Part shown: in pieces, positions 1 to 15,000 of the stretch
Layout: each line of letters starts with the position of its first letter
How positions within the stretch are numbered: position 1 is the stretch's first letter
Assembly: GCA_964019335.1 (NCBI GenBank)
Contig: OZ025664.1
Location: 372,001-436,000, forward strand
Length of the DNA: 64,000 nt
Reading direction: 5' to 3'
Source: Diplonema japonicum
Taxonomy: Eukaryota; Protista; Euglenozoa: Diplonemea
Program-made: the position numbers and the translations under genes
Notes under the pieces: model-generated
What the model saw: only the letters and a program-made list of their open reading frames with translations
Database searches by the model: none
What the model was told of the DNA's origin: nothing

Positions 1-3000
1 CAATTGCGCGATACCGTTCTTTGCAGTCTGTGTTACCACAAGACACGATTTCACGAGATGCTTCAAAACGCTCTCACGCAGCATGGATGGAACCCCACCA
101 CTGCTTCCTTCCCCGATAAAACACCCCGCACCCAGCCCCACGACATGCGAGCCACCGTTACCCTCATTGTCTCGGAGCATATACAAACCTTCCGCAACAG
201 AGTGCCGGAGTGGGTCGCTGGTGACGTCGGCGGACACTTCCACCAAGAGATCAGCGGTTTATTCGGGAAGGATTTCCTGGTGCAGGACATCGTCCTTGCG
301 GAGGTACCTGTTTACGACGCTGTTGAGTGGGCAGACGAGGCGGGCGAGAAGGTCCGCATGCAGCTCCGCGATAAATCGCTTTTCAAGGCAGTTCAGGGCA
401 GCTACACACAAGTTCAGTCCATATCGTACTCCAGCAGCAATTCCGTACACATGATTTACGATCAAAATAGAAAAGGTGGGCGTGTCCCTGCCCATGTACT
501 GTCACCTTTACGAGCACTCGCATCGCAGGCAGGCGTCAGCCATAATATACCACCCATCACGGCTCCTGCCAACCAAGTGCACGGCACACGTGTGACCATC
601 ACCCTTCACGGTGTGCCTGGTATCACATATATTACTGATATTCACAAGGTCCTCGAAAGAGTTCTTGCGAAGGCTAGCTTTTCCTTCCTCTGTCTCTCTT
701 CTCGTGTTGCTGTTTCCTGGGAACGGGTTCGTGCTTCGAGGAGCTTGGCGTCATCGTTGCAGCAGGCAGTCAAATGGATGGAATCAAGGCAGGCTTTGCA
801 AGACTTTGAGTGGAGCAAGCTGCAGGCAAGCGCCGCGTTCGACCAGCCTGGCATGATCGAGAGGATTCGGGAGACGGCCACGCGTTGCATGAATGTCGAG
901 GTGGGGAAGATCACCATCGTGCTCGCCAATCAGGAGCACTCCAGTGTGTTGGGTTGTTCGCTGGATAATGTAAGCCTTGTTTCCACACCTGAGTCCAATC
1001 ATGTAGCCATGCACAAAAACCTCTCAATCACGGGGCTTGGCATCTTTGCCGATCAAGGCCCACAAGTGGCAGCCCTGCTGTCTCGTTTGAAGAGCAGCAA
1101 GTCTCCAGCTGACCTTTCATCGCAGCTCCAGCCTCTCAAGAAGTGGCTCCTCCGTCCAATGAGTACTACGATAAAGTACAGCGAGCTTGAGAGAACAGCA
1201 CCAAAAGATGAGGCGCTTTTGCGGATGCCTGCAAGGTTCAACATCGGTGTGTCTATCTCGGCCGTAGAACTGCAGGTACTCAGAACACACATCCAATCGC
1301 TTGCTGTTTTCAAAAGATTCTTCTCGTTGCACACCCTAAAAATGAAATACAAAAAACTTGATAAATTTGCAGAATCGAAGGTCTGGTGGCGGCACGCTGT
1401 CGCTTGTGTCACAAAGGAGGTGAAGGACAAATACTGCGGCTCCTTGCGAGTTTCTCGGGGTAAAGATCTCCTGAAACAAGACTACATCAAAATGTACAAG
1501 AGGAGCTTGAGGGAGGTGCAAGGGTACCCCGTGACCTCTGATGAGGATATGGACGGGTGGTACTCTCCCCTTCCTGTTAGCAAGCAACATCGTAAAGGGC
1601 TTCATGTGAAGTACTTCGAGCTACTGGAGTCGGTGATTGCTGTCGACGTCCTCCTGCAGTACAGGGCACAGGCGGTGAATGAAGTGAAGGATGAAATTGC
1701 GGTGAGGTTGCTGGATACAGATGCACGTAATGCGCTATACGTGTCGCGCGAAAAGCTCCTGAACAAAAAACTGCAGGCAGAGGAAAGCAAGGAGCAGTCC
1801 TTTTTCTCCCGAGGGGTTTCTGTGCTCACAGGAGCTATGAAGAAAAGCGTCACAATGCTTGGACTGAGCCAGACCTTGAAGGATTTCAGTGTCCTGCCTT
1901 GGAACACAACACTCAATGAACTGCTCAGAGTGCAGGAAGAGATCAAGGCTGCTGCTGGGTTCAATGATGACGGTGAGCACGTATCAGACGAGAGGCTCCC
2001 TTCGTTGAAGGTTGCCGTAGCCATCGAGGGATGCAAGATATCAAGCAGCACAACTAGCATTGCCGTGGAAGGTCTCAGTGTTGGTGCAACCTGTTGGGAA
2101 GCGGAGAAAGTGCTAAAGTCAACAGGCGGAAGGGTCCACATCAACGATGTGACGCTGAGTGCGGTGACGCTCCTTAGCAGCGACCGACCCGTGTTGTGCA
2201 AACGGCCTACAGACAAGCCTTTCTTTTACACTGAATACATCGACGCAAACATCGGGACGAAACTCATTAAAGTAGGCATCTGCGACGTGCGAGCACTGCA
2301 GGTAAACGTCGACATCCCTGCTGTGGCAACACTACTACAGGAGTTCAGGTTCCCTTCCATGAGCGGGGCCATCGAACCTTCTCAAGTGGTGGCTGTCTCT
2401 CCATTAGATTTGCGCGCTCCATCGCCTCCAAGCCCGTGGTCCGTGACTATCACATCGAGCTTCACTTGCTACGCACCGGTCATCACCCTCAAGAGGATGA
2501 CCCTGTCCCTCGGGGTCCTCACTGTGAAGGGCTCCACCACGAGAGGCATCAAACTTGGGTTCGACCAGCTGGCATTGAAAGTCAAGGATGCATTTGTGCT
2601 GCACCCTATTTGCCTGACCGCTTCATACGGCGACGAGTCCAAGTGCTTGATTGACCCTGTCAACCTTGAGCTCAACACTGGCATTGTGAACATGATGGCG
2701 GCTGACGTGAAGGATCTGGTTTCGTTTGCCGTTGACCCCTTTACGTCGGTACGTGAGGAAGTGTTTGTGTCCACTGGTGAGGTCTGCGGTCCTGTGCTTG
2801 TTGACTACCAGGGCGAGACACAGGTGTCGCGGTACCTGACAGAATGGGGTGAGAACACAGCTGACCATCGAGAGTCGTCAGCAGTCATTGAACAGGGCTG
2901 GGACAGAATCCCGAAGCAAGCAAGAGAGCTCAAAGGGTTCTCACAACACAAACCCCATACCATCAGTTTGCAGACGACACGAGTGTTCGGGAAGGACTTA

Positions 3001-6000
3001 GCACGACTGGTGCTCACCCCAACAGAAAGCGGCACACCTATAAGTGTTGATCTAGGTGGTGCGTGCCATGTAGTAAAACTGCCTGACCCTTGGTTGGCGT
3101 TAGTTCTCCCGCAAGACAAAGCAGACAGCAAATTGTTCTATTACGTCATGTTGTCAGTGGCCTCGCCTCAGGACAGGGAGGTCCTGCATGAGATGCTCCA
3201 TGCGCAGATCTTCCATCTGAATAGAAGCGCCGGTGCCCCCGCTGTACGTGTTTTCAACGAAAGAGACACACGTATGATGCAGCATCCTAAAAGGAATCAT
3301 GTGCAGGGGCCTGGGCCCGCCTTGAGGTGCAACGTTTTCTTAAAAGCCGTGGCGTGTTCATTTAACGAGCTTTGCTTTGAAGTCAAAGCACCGACCGGAG
3401 ACAACTTTGCTATTGGGGCACGTTTCTACAAAAGCAAAGCTACTCTTAAAGCAAGTATCGATGTGCAGGCGGCAAGGTTTTCTGATTCGAAGAACACGTT
3501 GCTACAGCTAGCTTCGAGCAAAGGGAAGGCGTTCTCCTGCGAACTACACAAGGAAGGCAGCGCTACCTCCGTGTCAGTGTCACTTCCAAAAGTGCTGTTG
3601 AAGATGAACAGGTACTCTGTGCCGACACTTGTGGAGTACGCTGATGACATACGCAGCAGCATCAGGATAGCTACAGATAGACAGCTTGTGTACCACTACC
3701 AACAGAACATCACCACTAGTGAGGCAGTCCAACCTGATGGCAACAGCGAAAGTAGAAGCACGATGAAGCTTGTTTGTGTTCCTGTGAAAGAGTTCTTCAC
3801 AATCGAGTTCTACGACCTCAGCAAGCTTCTGTACGCTGCCCACTTGCAAAGCATCGACAGCTGCTCTTGGGAGATGCGGCCCAAGGGGGTGTTCGGGTCA
3901 CTAGAACTCGGTACCTTCAGTCTCCGCAGCGCGGCAGAAGAGGTGCCGCTTATCAGCTTTGGGACACCGTCGTGCCTGGAAGTTGCTGTGAAGCAGAAAG
4001 CGATCGCCACCACAGAGGTGTCCGTTGGCGCTCTTTTCATTAGTGCTGATGCTTCCTCTTTTGTCGACCTCCTCACCTACTTTACTCCCGTCCTCGACAT
4101 ACAGCCACAAGAAGTGCCCGTACCCGATCCTAGGAGGTACGACCTCCCCGCAATGCGCAACGAAGCTCTGAAACGGAAACTCGGCACGGAGGGAGAACCT
4201 CAGAGTCTGCCAGAGTTCTCCGTCGTCGTTGACACATGGACTGTGAGCTTTCCATTGATCGAGCTCCCCATCAAGATCAACCTGTGGAACACTCTGCACA
4301 TATCTCAAAACAGTGACGCGGGCAACGAGGATGCCATGTTTGTTGTCCGAGCCCAAGGTTTCGGGATACAGCGTGGCGTGCATCCGTACTCGGGGTACAA
4401 TGCACTGGTGGTGCTGAAGAAGTCTGAGGTGCCGTCCTTGGGTTGGGGCACAGTAGAAGTGCAGTTAGTGTGTCCGGAGTTGGTTAGTGTGAGGCACAGT
4501 GAGTACTGCGACGTGGTGGACAGCATTGTAGCACAAGCTTACAAGCTGCTTGTCTTTGGCAGGACTATCAAGAAGCAGCCAGCAAGGGTTGCGCACCAAC
4601 AACCATACGCATACACGAAGCCTGGAGGGAAAAAAAGTAGTGTAAAGGTTAGCCTGACATGGAATGCGTGGGGCATGGTGCTGGGGGACAGCCCTAGGGA
4701 AACGCTGCGTGTGGATGTCGGCGAAGGACTGGTCACTGCTAACATAGGGGAAGAAATCAATTTTTCAGTGTCTCGGCCCAGTGTGGCTGTCGTTGCAATG
4801 ACGAAGACGGTGTTCAGGATGTTCACCAATGCGGGAACAAGTGATTTGGCAAGCATCTCGCTTCAGAGGACAAAGTACCCCACTTGCACTCACATCATCA
4901 CGACTTCGATTGTCGACTTCGGTCAAGCCGTCATCCTCATCGACGCCGAGACTGTGGGCTTCCTGAAGCGCCTTCTTCTCGTCGCACCCCCGCTGCCACC
5001 GGCACCACTTGAGACCCAACCCATCTTAATAGACCAGCCTTCTAGCGCGCCACTCCCTCTACAAGAGATCAACCTCTTCTGCATCGATGTTGAGGCTGTC
5101 AACTTGCCGCAAATAACTGTTGCAAACAACAGCTCGACTCTGCAAGTGGGGCTGAAGCGGATCTCTATCCAATCAGATGAGACAAAGGCATCGCACCAGG
5201 TCACAGCGCACAACATAAAGGTGAACGAGCTCACCTGTTGGATCGACGATGCACAGGTTACTGACTTGAGCATTGCCATGCGATACACCGAAACTGCTGT
5301 CTATGGGAGCCTCACGGCGTGTGACTGTGATAGTACTATATGGAAGGTAGACAAGGGTGATCATCCTTTGGGGGTGGCTCGGGGTTTGAGTGTTTCTGCG
5401 GAACATATCAAAATGATGGTGAGTCCGGGTCAATTGCAAAGCCTGCTGTTCATCAAGGAAGGCTTATTGCAAGGGACGAAGGGACCCAACACAGCAACAA
5501 CACCGACGCAGGCGCCTGAAATTAAAGGCTGCTCGAGCTGTGAGTGGCCATCCCCTGAACCCGCGCTCTTCTTCCAGTGCTCGATACCGCTTATTGAGGT
5601 GGTGGTTGGCGACCACGACACTGTTGAGTACATCACAGCACAAGTGACCTCGCTGACGACTACTGCTTCAGTAGGCACCATCATAGGTGGTCCTGTGTCG
5701 CCCGTCGCGCTTGAGACGACGTTGTCCACCTTCGTGCTGATCGATGGCAGTCGTGCTTCCTCTGCTGTGCCTAACCTCGTATCCGTGTACAGCCCTTCAA
5801 ACACCATATGCAGGCATCCTAAAACCGGTACTGCTTCCCCCGACACTTCCCTGTCCCTCACCTTCCGGTCCAACGCCACCTCTGACCCCGCACTCGTCGA
5901 GGTCAACGTGGGTGTCGTTGCTGTGGATCTGCACACTGCGTCCCACGCCTCAATATCCTCTGCTGTTCCCATCATCGTCGTTTTCAAGAACCTGATGGAA

Positions 6001-9000
6001 GTGTTCCCTCCTGCGCCCCCAAAGAGGGTAGCAGTGACCAAACAGCCCGCATCGGCAGCACCATTGCCACGCTTGAAGTTCGCTCTCAAGCAATTCGAGT
6101 TAGGATGCGCGATGGACTTCTACTACATCGCATCCTGCACATGTAAGGAAATCAGCGTGGAACAAGGTAACAACGGGATGGAGCTTAGAGTCACCAAACT
6201 CAACATCGTCAACAACGGGAGGGGCGAGGATGACGTAGACATCATGAGGAGTCATGGAGCTGTGTTTGTGCAGCTCACGATCAACAAGGAGGGTTTGATC
6301 AAAGGGAACATTGAGGGAGCTAATGTTGCGGTCATTCGCGAGCAGCTGTTTCATTTGACGTCATTTGCAATGGTCTGGCAGGGGGCTCTTCTTGAGCTGA
6401 AGCGTGACGTGGACGAGCTACCCCGCCAGCCTCCTCAACCGAAGGTGAAGCCCACAATACCTGACATGTCAATCACCGTCAAAGACTTCACACTTGCAGT
6501 GCCTGCGAATATTACGAACCTACATTCTGGCCTAACCGTGAGCGTGAACAGGGTTGTGTTGAAATCAAGGGAAGGACTTGTAACTAGCACCGTTGATGTG
6601 CATGCGAATGCTGCTGCAACAAGCACCAATGTGTTTGTCTTGCAATGCAGTGCTTCTGTGGAAGTCACAGAACCGACAATTACTGGCGGGCTGCAGTTGA
6701 CGTGCTTCGACATCAACTGGGACACACCCATCAGGAAGGTCGTCCTTGACACATGGTACGATAACCTTGACGGCCTGTGGTTGCCTCACAAAAAACCGAG
6801 AAGCTACAGAGAGCAGAGCCCGCGTCCTGTAGGTACAGTCGCCATTCGTACTGCTTCACCGGTCCCCACAGCGCACGGCACAATGATAATGGAAAGCACC
6901 ACCGCGGCGAGCAGCTGCCCTTCTGTAGCGAACACAGTGTTTCCTTGGCTCGTTTTTAACTTCAGCTGCTGCCCAATAACATTCACTGCTGAGGGTGACC
7001 TTGTGGTGAGCATAACAGAGGTAAGCGCATCTGTGCAACTACACACAACCAGTGGCAGCGCGGTGTTGCACCACCCAGATGTAGTACTCATCAGCAAAGG
7101 GTTCACCATCATGGAGTGGAGAGGAGAGCGTGACACCGACAACGACACCAAACAAGCGTGCGTCAACACGGAGTGGAACGACAAATCTTGCACAGCAAAT
7201 GTAGTGGCCAATCCGATACGGTTAGATGTGCCTCATAACTGGAAAGACTTCATGCCAGTGTCTCTAAGGCCGGGAAGTGGGAGGGACACGAGCATACCAG
7301 TGAGAAGCACGACCGTGATGCACAGGGGTGAGGTGTGTCTTGTGTCTGAGTACGTGATTCACGACAAGTGCGTTGTGCGGAAGGACATGGTGCTGGATGC
7401 TTACTGCAAGTGGGTTGTAAGCAACATAAAGGAACACGATCACGTATCATACCGCCTGAGGGACGGGTGGCACGACGATGGCGTGGTAGCAAAGGTGAAC
7501 GAAAACGGGACATACAACATCAAGCGGGAGAACGGCGAGGTGCTGGAGGGGTACAAAGATATCAACGTGAAGCGTGACGATGCGATGCACGCAGAGGAGA
7601 CGACTATCGTTGAGGTCGACTGCCGCGGCAGTAAACTTACTCTGTCGCAGATTTCGAGCGGTTCGCTCATTTCAGTCCCTTCAGGGACTGTTCTGGTCCT
7701 GCACAATGCCATTGTGGTTGAGTCGTACCCAGGGTTCTTTAAATCCTCGAGCTGCATCGAAGGACTCTTACGCCTGCACCACACGTCAAGCCTCATCAGC
7801 TCTCAGGACGCGGTGAAACCAGAGTCTATTCTCCACGACGACGCTCCTGTAGCATCCGTGCAGACCCCTGCACCTAGGTACGTAGAAGTTTCCCTCCAAG
7901 CTGGTGTCGATATCCAGTTTCTTGTGATGGGTGATGCGGCCCCTATTCGGATGATCAGCACTTTGCAGGTGCTGTCCGAAGACCTCCTCAAGGAGACGCC
8001 TAAGAGAACATCTCTAACAGTCACAACAGAGTGCACTGCTGCTGATGATGTGATGGTCACCTTGCCGAACCTCGTTGTGACACAGTCTTCTGACCCTTGT
8101 TTGGCTGTTGATATCTCCATCAGTGGCTTCGTTGTCAAGATGGCGCCCAATGCCTATGCCTCTCTGGCAGAGTCTTGCTTCAGCGACCTCGTCCCTTCCC
8201 TCTACGACGTGTCACAGCAACCTGTCATCCAGGTCCGGTCCTTCACGGCGGAGGTAGCACTTACATCGTGCGAGTCGACGTACCAGTCACCAGCTTTGAA
8301 AGATCTCAGCCCTCATGCATGGGCCGTGCCTGAGCCAAAGTGGGCCTTGAAACATATCAAGCTTGGTCTGTCCGGGTTAGGGTGCGATGATATTTCCGCG
8401 TTCAGTAGTGCCATCCCAGCACCTCTGGTACCTGACATCGTGCAGATCGACACAGTCACCTTGTCTATCGACTGGCAGAGCCTTGTGACAAGATCCACTG
8501 CTGTCCCGGCTGTAGAGCTCTCTGTAGGGAATATGTTTGTAGCAAATGTGCCAAACAACTTCACCCGCTGGATGACTGCCCATGCAGTACTCTCCTCTAG
8601 AAAACCCGCGCAAACAGGCCAACCTAACCTTCAGATTTACGACTTGGAGGAAAGGGAGCGGCACCACGCCATGGACAGTTGGCGAGCGTCGCTTATCCAC
8701 TCCATAGCAGAGAAGTTCGCCATCACGGCCGCACCACAGCTAGTGGCCACGCGTTGCAACGTGTCTCTAAAGGAGGTGCTGCTGCAGGTGAAAGTAGACG
8801 AGACGATTCTCAACATGTCAGTGCCTGTGCTTCGCGTGGCGCCTTCCAAGATGGACGATAAGCGCACTGAGGCCATGAGGTTAACTATCCCGACTTTCAT
8901 GCTCAGCATGTCGCAGGGGCTCAGCCTAGTGGAGGTGACTGACATAGATGTGTACGTTGGCATCAAGCAGACACTGCAGAGCATGATGCTGGAGGTGGGT

Positions 9001-12000
9001 CTAGGTACGGTTAAGACTACCATTGACTCAGCCTTGCTGCCCCAGTTGCTGAACATGGGAACTGAAATTGCAAAGAGTAGCAGGGCTGCTGCCCAGTACA
9101 CATTTAAGAAAGAAGCTCGTGCAATGGGCCTTGACCGTTCTAGGACTAGGTGGCAGTACGCTTTGCGGTGCTTGACACACTACCATGCAAGCCACAGACC
9201 AGCAAGAAACGGCGGTGGCAAGACTGCTTCGTGCCTGGCGCACGGTATGAAGCTGCTCCTTTCGGACTATGCCATTCTTCAAGTGTCGCGCCTTAATGAG
9301 CGACCAGTGAAGGTGCGTTGGAGGAACTCTGGGTACAGCAAGAACGAGCACACCTTAAGGTACACACAGCTACTGGAGTCGTGCCTCCCGATAGAGATGC
9401 TTTGGGCAACACGAAAGAAGGTGTACAGTGCCTTCAGGAGCAGAGGGCTGGTGACCGACGCTGTTCCGAGTCTGTCTGTAACCCTGCTTCCTACAAGGAA
9501 GCAGGATGTACCGGCATTCCTGAATGCCGTGAAACCTGCTGAAAGGAAATATGCACTAAAGTTCAAAGCCAAAGCGTTTGCGCTATTGTGGGACAACTTG
9601 GAGATTGCGGTAGAAGGCATGTTCGGTGAGGTCAGCGAAGCTAACATTGTAGTGGCACATCCTAAAGTAGAGATGAGGCTAGGCAGGGACACGTTTTTCA
9701 CGTGTTCCAGCAAGAGCACACAGCTTGTGACCGGAGACATGCAGGAGGTGGACATTGTCGTTGGAAAGGTGGATATCGAACTGGGGCTGTCCACTCTGAG
9801 GCAGCTGACTGTCTTTGACAACGGGCTGCAGCAATCGCTGATGTATGGGTGTCAGCAAGATGACGGGTCAAGCACGGCAACTGTCACAGTCGATACCTAC
9901 ACCAAGCCTACCGGTTGTGTGACGGTGCCAGTGAAACTTGGCATGACCTTTGGTGTTCCGTACAAGACAAGTAATGCGTTACTGCCGCAGTGCTTTTTAC
10001 ACAAGCTCGACAGCCTGCTAGGAATTCGTGAGCACCACCTTACTTCTGATGCAACATTCTCACCTTTTAACCAGCTGCTGCTCGGCCCGCATAGCAAGGT
10101 GCCCTACGGAGGACATGGTCCATTCCCTGGGTTGCGAAAGCTGATGGCAGAGGTCACAACAGTACAAGACACTTTTGCTGAGACGGAGGTTTTGGGTGGC
10201 GTACTCAAGCTGGACGGGCATGGCAAGACACTGACACTTCTGGAGATGGATAACAAGATACAACGGCAGCCAATAAAGGTTGATAGCCGGCTCGCGTGTC
10301 CCGTGCTGGAGATACGGAACTGCAACATTGTGCTTCCTGGGCTGGAGCGGCTTTGCTTGGAGAAATTGATCGACATGCCTTCAGGGTGCGTGGTGCGCTT
10401 CGTGAACTGTACCGTGCACTACGCCAGCATCGCTGCAAACAAAACGGTGCACCTCGATCTCGAGGGCGACATCATGTCGTTCGAAGTTCCTGATGGGAAG
10501 ACGGAGCAGGAAAACCTGCAGACACTACACGCGCTGCTGAGATGTGACAACATGAAGACTACGCTGTACGATATGAACGGTGAGCTGACGCAGCTCTTGC
10601 ACCGCTGTGTACAGGCAGGAGCGTATTACAAACTAGTATTAACAAATGTGACAAAAATGCGCAAAATGGAAATTTCAGGGGTTCGTTTCAGCATGACAGC
10701 TGAGAAGCATGGGCTGTGCCTTGAAGTCAGCGGGGGCCAAAAACCGGCGATCGTCCTGTCCACAGTGCCGCAAAAGGATGCCCGCAATACAGCGTGTTTC
10801 CATGCTGCTGTGCAGCTCCGGCCTGGTGAACACGTTGAAGTCAGTGTTGTGTCATTTACGCTTAAGACGACAGCATCTGATGAACCCATTGTGTCATGCG
10901 TACCTGAAGGGGCCGCTCTGACAGTTAACGTCACTGCGCATGACGTAAAGACCATGCTTGACCAAAACACCCCCCCCTTCACTGATTTTGCTATCACATT
11001 GCACACCTTCTCGTCTTCGCTGGACCCTATCCGAGTCCTCTCGTTGTGCACGCTCGTCAACGGTATCATCTCTGTTGTCCCTGTTGGCTGGCTCGATATT
11101 TCTGTCGACTGGCTAGCTGTCAAGAGGCTCGTGCTAACTTTGACCGAGAAAGGCCGTATCTACTCCCTGGAGCTCCTCCCGCATGGTGAAACCGCCAAAC
11201 ACAACCTCTTGTGTTTTGGAAAGCTGCAAGTACGATGTCCCTTAGGCCTCTTAGCTGCGACCTTGCTCTGTGACCAGTTCTTGCCCTGCGTCGATATGAT
11301 GTCCTGGGAAGGTTTCACCATAAACAGCCACCCTACCACCGGTGTGTCCGTGGAGTTGAAGCAACCGAATATTAAGTTGGATTTCCCCCAAGCACCCAGC
11401 CTTGACGAGCTGTCTCGGCGCGACGAACTCAGCAGCAAGCTGTTCCCCCAGTCAAACTGCATTGTGGCCCATGGCTTGGGCAGCATTAAAGAGTACTCAC
11501 AAGCCATTGATGAAGCAGAATGGGCTGGGCTCGTGAAAAAGGAGAGCAAATTACGATTGTCTGTACCTTGCTTCACGGTGGTTGTCGAGGATGCTGTCCT
11601 GAGTGTAGCAGTGCCTGCCTGTGGGATGTCTTTGGAAGGGGTCATACCGCTGGTCAAGATTCAGGCACAAATGCCACCGAACAGAATTTCCCTTCACGTT
11701 TCCGTGGAAAGCGCCACTGTAGGTGTCCGTCAAGGTAGTGCAAAGAACATCCTTCTCGGAAGGGGTGATAAAGGGCTTGCACTGAAGCTAGACATCACCG
11801 ACAATATGAATGTTGAAGTGACTACACTGCCACTGACAATCACCAGTTCGAACATCTCAAGACTGCTCGTGCTGTTGAGGGGCATCACATCGGAACAGAA
11901 ATCCCACGCCGAGCTTGCTGGCATGCTCCGTTTCATTGCCCCGAACAAGAGCAGAGAGAAGCTGCCGCCGTTGTGGGTCCTCAAGGTGAGGATTGCCATC

Positions 12001-15000
12001 GGACGATCGAGGGAAAAGGTGAGGCGTGAGCGAAAGGCGCTTTGGATGAAGAACGGCAGCTGCAGCCTTGAGAAAGACATGCGGATGCTGTTCACAGCGA
12101 AGATGCTCGATACATTTGACCAGTTTGTGGTGCCAGAGACACAGAGGCGCTTACCTTGTAAGCTTGTCAACGCCGTGTGGTACTACCAGCTTCTTCACAA
12201 GATCTTAAACGTAGCTATGACTGAAGGCATGTCCGTTTCCTTGAAGTGCAGGTACGATGCTTACCGTTTGGCACATCTCAAGAATGAAACATTGCTCCTT
12301 GGTGACAGACCTGAGTATGACTACACAAAGCAGGTGGTTGCATGTGCTCCTGTCAGCACCGATCAACGCTGGGTAGTGACAGGGCTAGGGTCTCGCTACA
12401 CAATAACAGACGTGCGGGAGGAGGGCCGTGCTTTGGCGCTGAGGGGGGCAACAATGCCAGCGACGTGGGACAGATGCGAGGCCAAGAATGGCTTCCTTCT
12501 ACAGTCCGGTCAAGGAAAGTCAACAAGATATCTAATGCACGCCGACGGGCGGCTACAAACGACATCGAAAAAGGATAAAGCTGCCCTGTGGCTCTCCTCC
12601 GAGACTGTCAGGTTTTACGCAGTTGACGACATTGTGAAACACTTCATTGCAGCATGTGACAATCACGCCATTCTGACTCTCCCAAACATGGTTGTGCAAC
12701 TGGGCCTGCCTGACCTCCTTTTCAGCGTGATTGGATTTGCTGTCCATACCTCGTTTGAGAAAAAGTGTGTCACAGCAACCCTAAAAGAAGTCTCTCTCAA
12801 GTACGGTGACAGTCACTACTTTCTTCTGACACCCCCTAGCACAGACATGCTCACGGTCGACTTGTATGACTCGACGTGCGACTTAAAGCTCAACGTGGGC
12901 AACGTCGAAGTGGTGGCTGACAGGTCGCTGCCGAGTTTGAAAAAGGTGGTCTTGAAATTGATGACTGCGGTCAGGGGTGCGAAGCCTGCCCAAAAATTGC
13001 CCGACGAAACTACGGATACCACGTTCAGCAAGACAAAGACCATTCCCGTGTATACCGATGGGGTGTGGCTCACAAGGGAGATTCTGTACCTTCGTGCACG
13101 TCAGCCATCCGTGAAACTCCAACCAGGCACCGTGGTGCACTTATCCGTGCTTCGTGCCCTTGTTGTTGAAGGCTCCTCCGTGTCTCTTATTGAGCCAGCA
13201 AGTCCTGGTACCAAGCCGACGCTCCTCATGACAGGTATTCAACCAGTGCTTCAAGTGGCAAAAGGTGCGACGCTCTTGCTGCGTGGCCTTGTCATCATGT
13301 GCCCTGGGGGTGCAGCAGGTTGGACAAACTTAATAGAGCTGAAGGGTCAGGATGATCAAAAAGGCAAAATATCTCTGACGGACTGCGAATTCAAGGACTT
13401 CAACGTTGGATCGCCAGAGTCGTGGAAACCAGTGTCCCCTCTTTTCATGGGTGGTGTGCATCTTCAAGCGGAGCTGCATGTCACGCAGTTCAAAGCGAGG
13501 ATCACGGGTGGAGGCACTGATGATTTGTGCATGGAGATATCAAGTGTGAGGGCAAAAGCCTCCCAGGGTAGAGTCCTCGAGGGTGTGCCGCCGCTTCCCG
13601 ATGTTAGCTTGGATGTGAAGCAAGTGCGTCTTGTGTCGGGTAGCTCCGACGTTATCGGGAATCTAGGGACACACGAAGCAGCCAAAGCTGTATCGGTGAG
13701 CTGTTGCTTGAAGAACAACGAATACAAGATCAAAGCAGCTGTGGCTCCTGGGGAATTTACAATCGATGTGGTACAGGTCCTGACACATGTCAAGCATGCT
13801 TCGCCAGAGGGAAGCTCCACTGTGAACTTCTCAATCGCACCCGTCGCGTCCGACGCACACAGCGTTCAGTTGGAGGTACTATTGCACACGGTTCCGAACC
13901 CCGATTTGGTATCCACAGACTGGGATGCTTCTGCAGCATTAAGTACCAAAAACCTGTGGGCGCCAGAGCACCTTCACTTTACGTCAGGCGCACTGCTATT
14001 CGATGCAACAAACTGCGTCTGGGAACACCTACGCACTTCGTTGCCCCCTGCAGTTCCTCAATACCTGAACATCGAGGAGTGTTCAGTGCAAATGCCTCTG
14101 AGCACCACTTCGAAGTCTCCTGCCGTCGTCAGCGTAGGGTACATCACCGCCTCCGCAAGCGTCGTGCCCCCGCGACCGTCGAACCGTGGCAATGAGGCAC
14201 AGTTGTACTCGACTGCGTTGAGCACTGAAGAAGACCCGATGAGCTTCATAAAAGAATACGAGAAGAAGCGAATGGCAGCCATTCTATACGAGATGTCCCC
14301 AAGGGGTATAGCTTTCAAGGACTCAGCCGTGTACCTCGGATCAATGATTGTGAGAAAAATGATGTTCAGCTTTTCAGGCATGCACATCAGGACCGAGTCG
14401 TTTGGCAATGAGAATGACACGCCCATCGCGGCGGGTGTGATGGTGGGGGGTGTCGGCATGGCACACCCGAAGCCTAGCGCAGCTGTGGTCACAGTGTGTA
14501 ACTTCGGAGTGTACTTGCACTCCGATGCCCACGTCGGTGACTGCACCGACACGAGAGGGATCCCTTCGCACGACATCGACAAGAGTGTGCTTAACATTGT
14601 CAACAACGATGAGCGTGTAGAAGCGCACCTCAACTTGCAGCCACAGATGGGCTTCACATCAGCCGTGCGTGCTGAGGGCATCAACATACAGATCTCAGAC
14701 GACACACTAGCAACAGCAAAGGAGATACGCAACCGCCTTGAGTGGAGTGCGCTCGAAGGGTCACGCCCTGGACAGAGCGGTGTACTTTCCCTTTATGACT
14801 TCAAGAAGCTCATCCGTATCAGGCAGCGGCTGAGCGGGTCGGGAACCATCTCTATGGACAGTCCCGAGATCACAGCCCGTGCTAGATGGGTGTGGGCAAA
14901 GATTCGCATATCCCGGCAGCTCAGCATTATGAAGCAGGAGCAGCGCAGGAGTAGACGCTTGAAGAAATACACATTAGAATACTACGACATGCTTATGAAA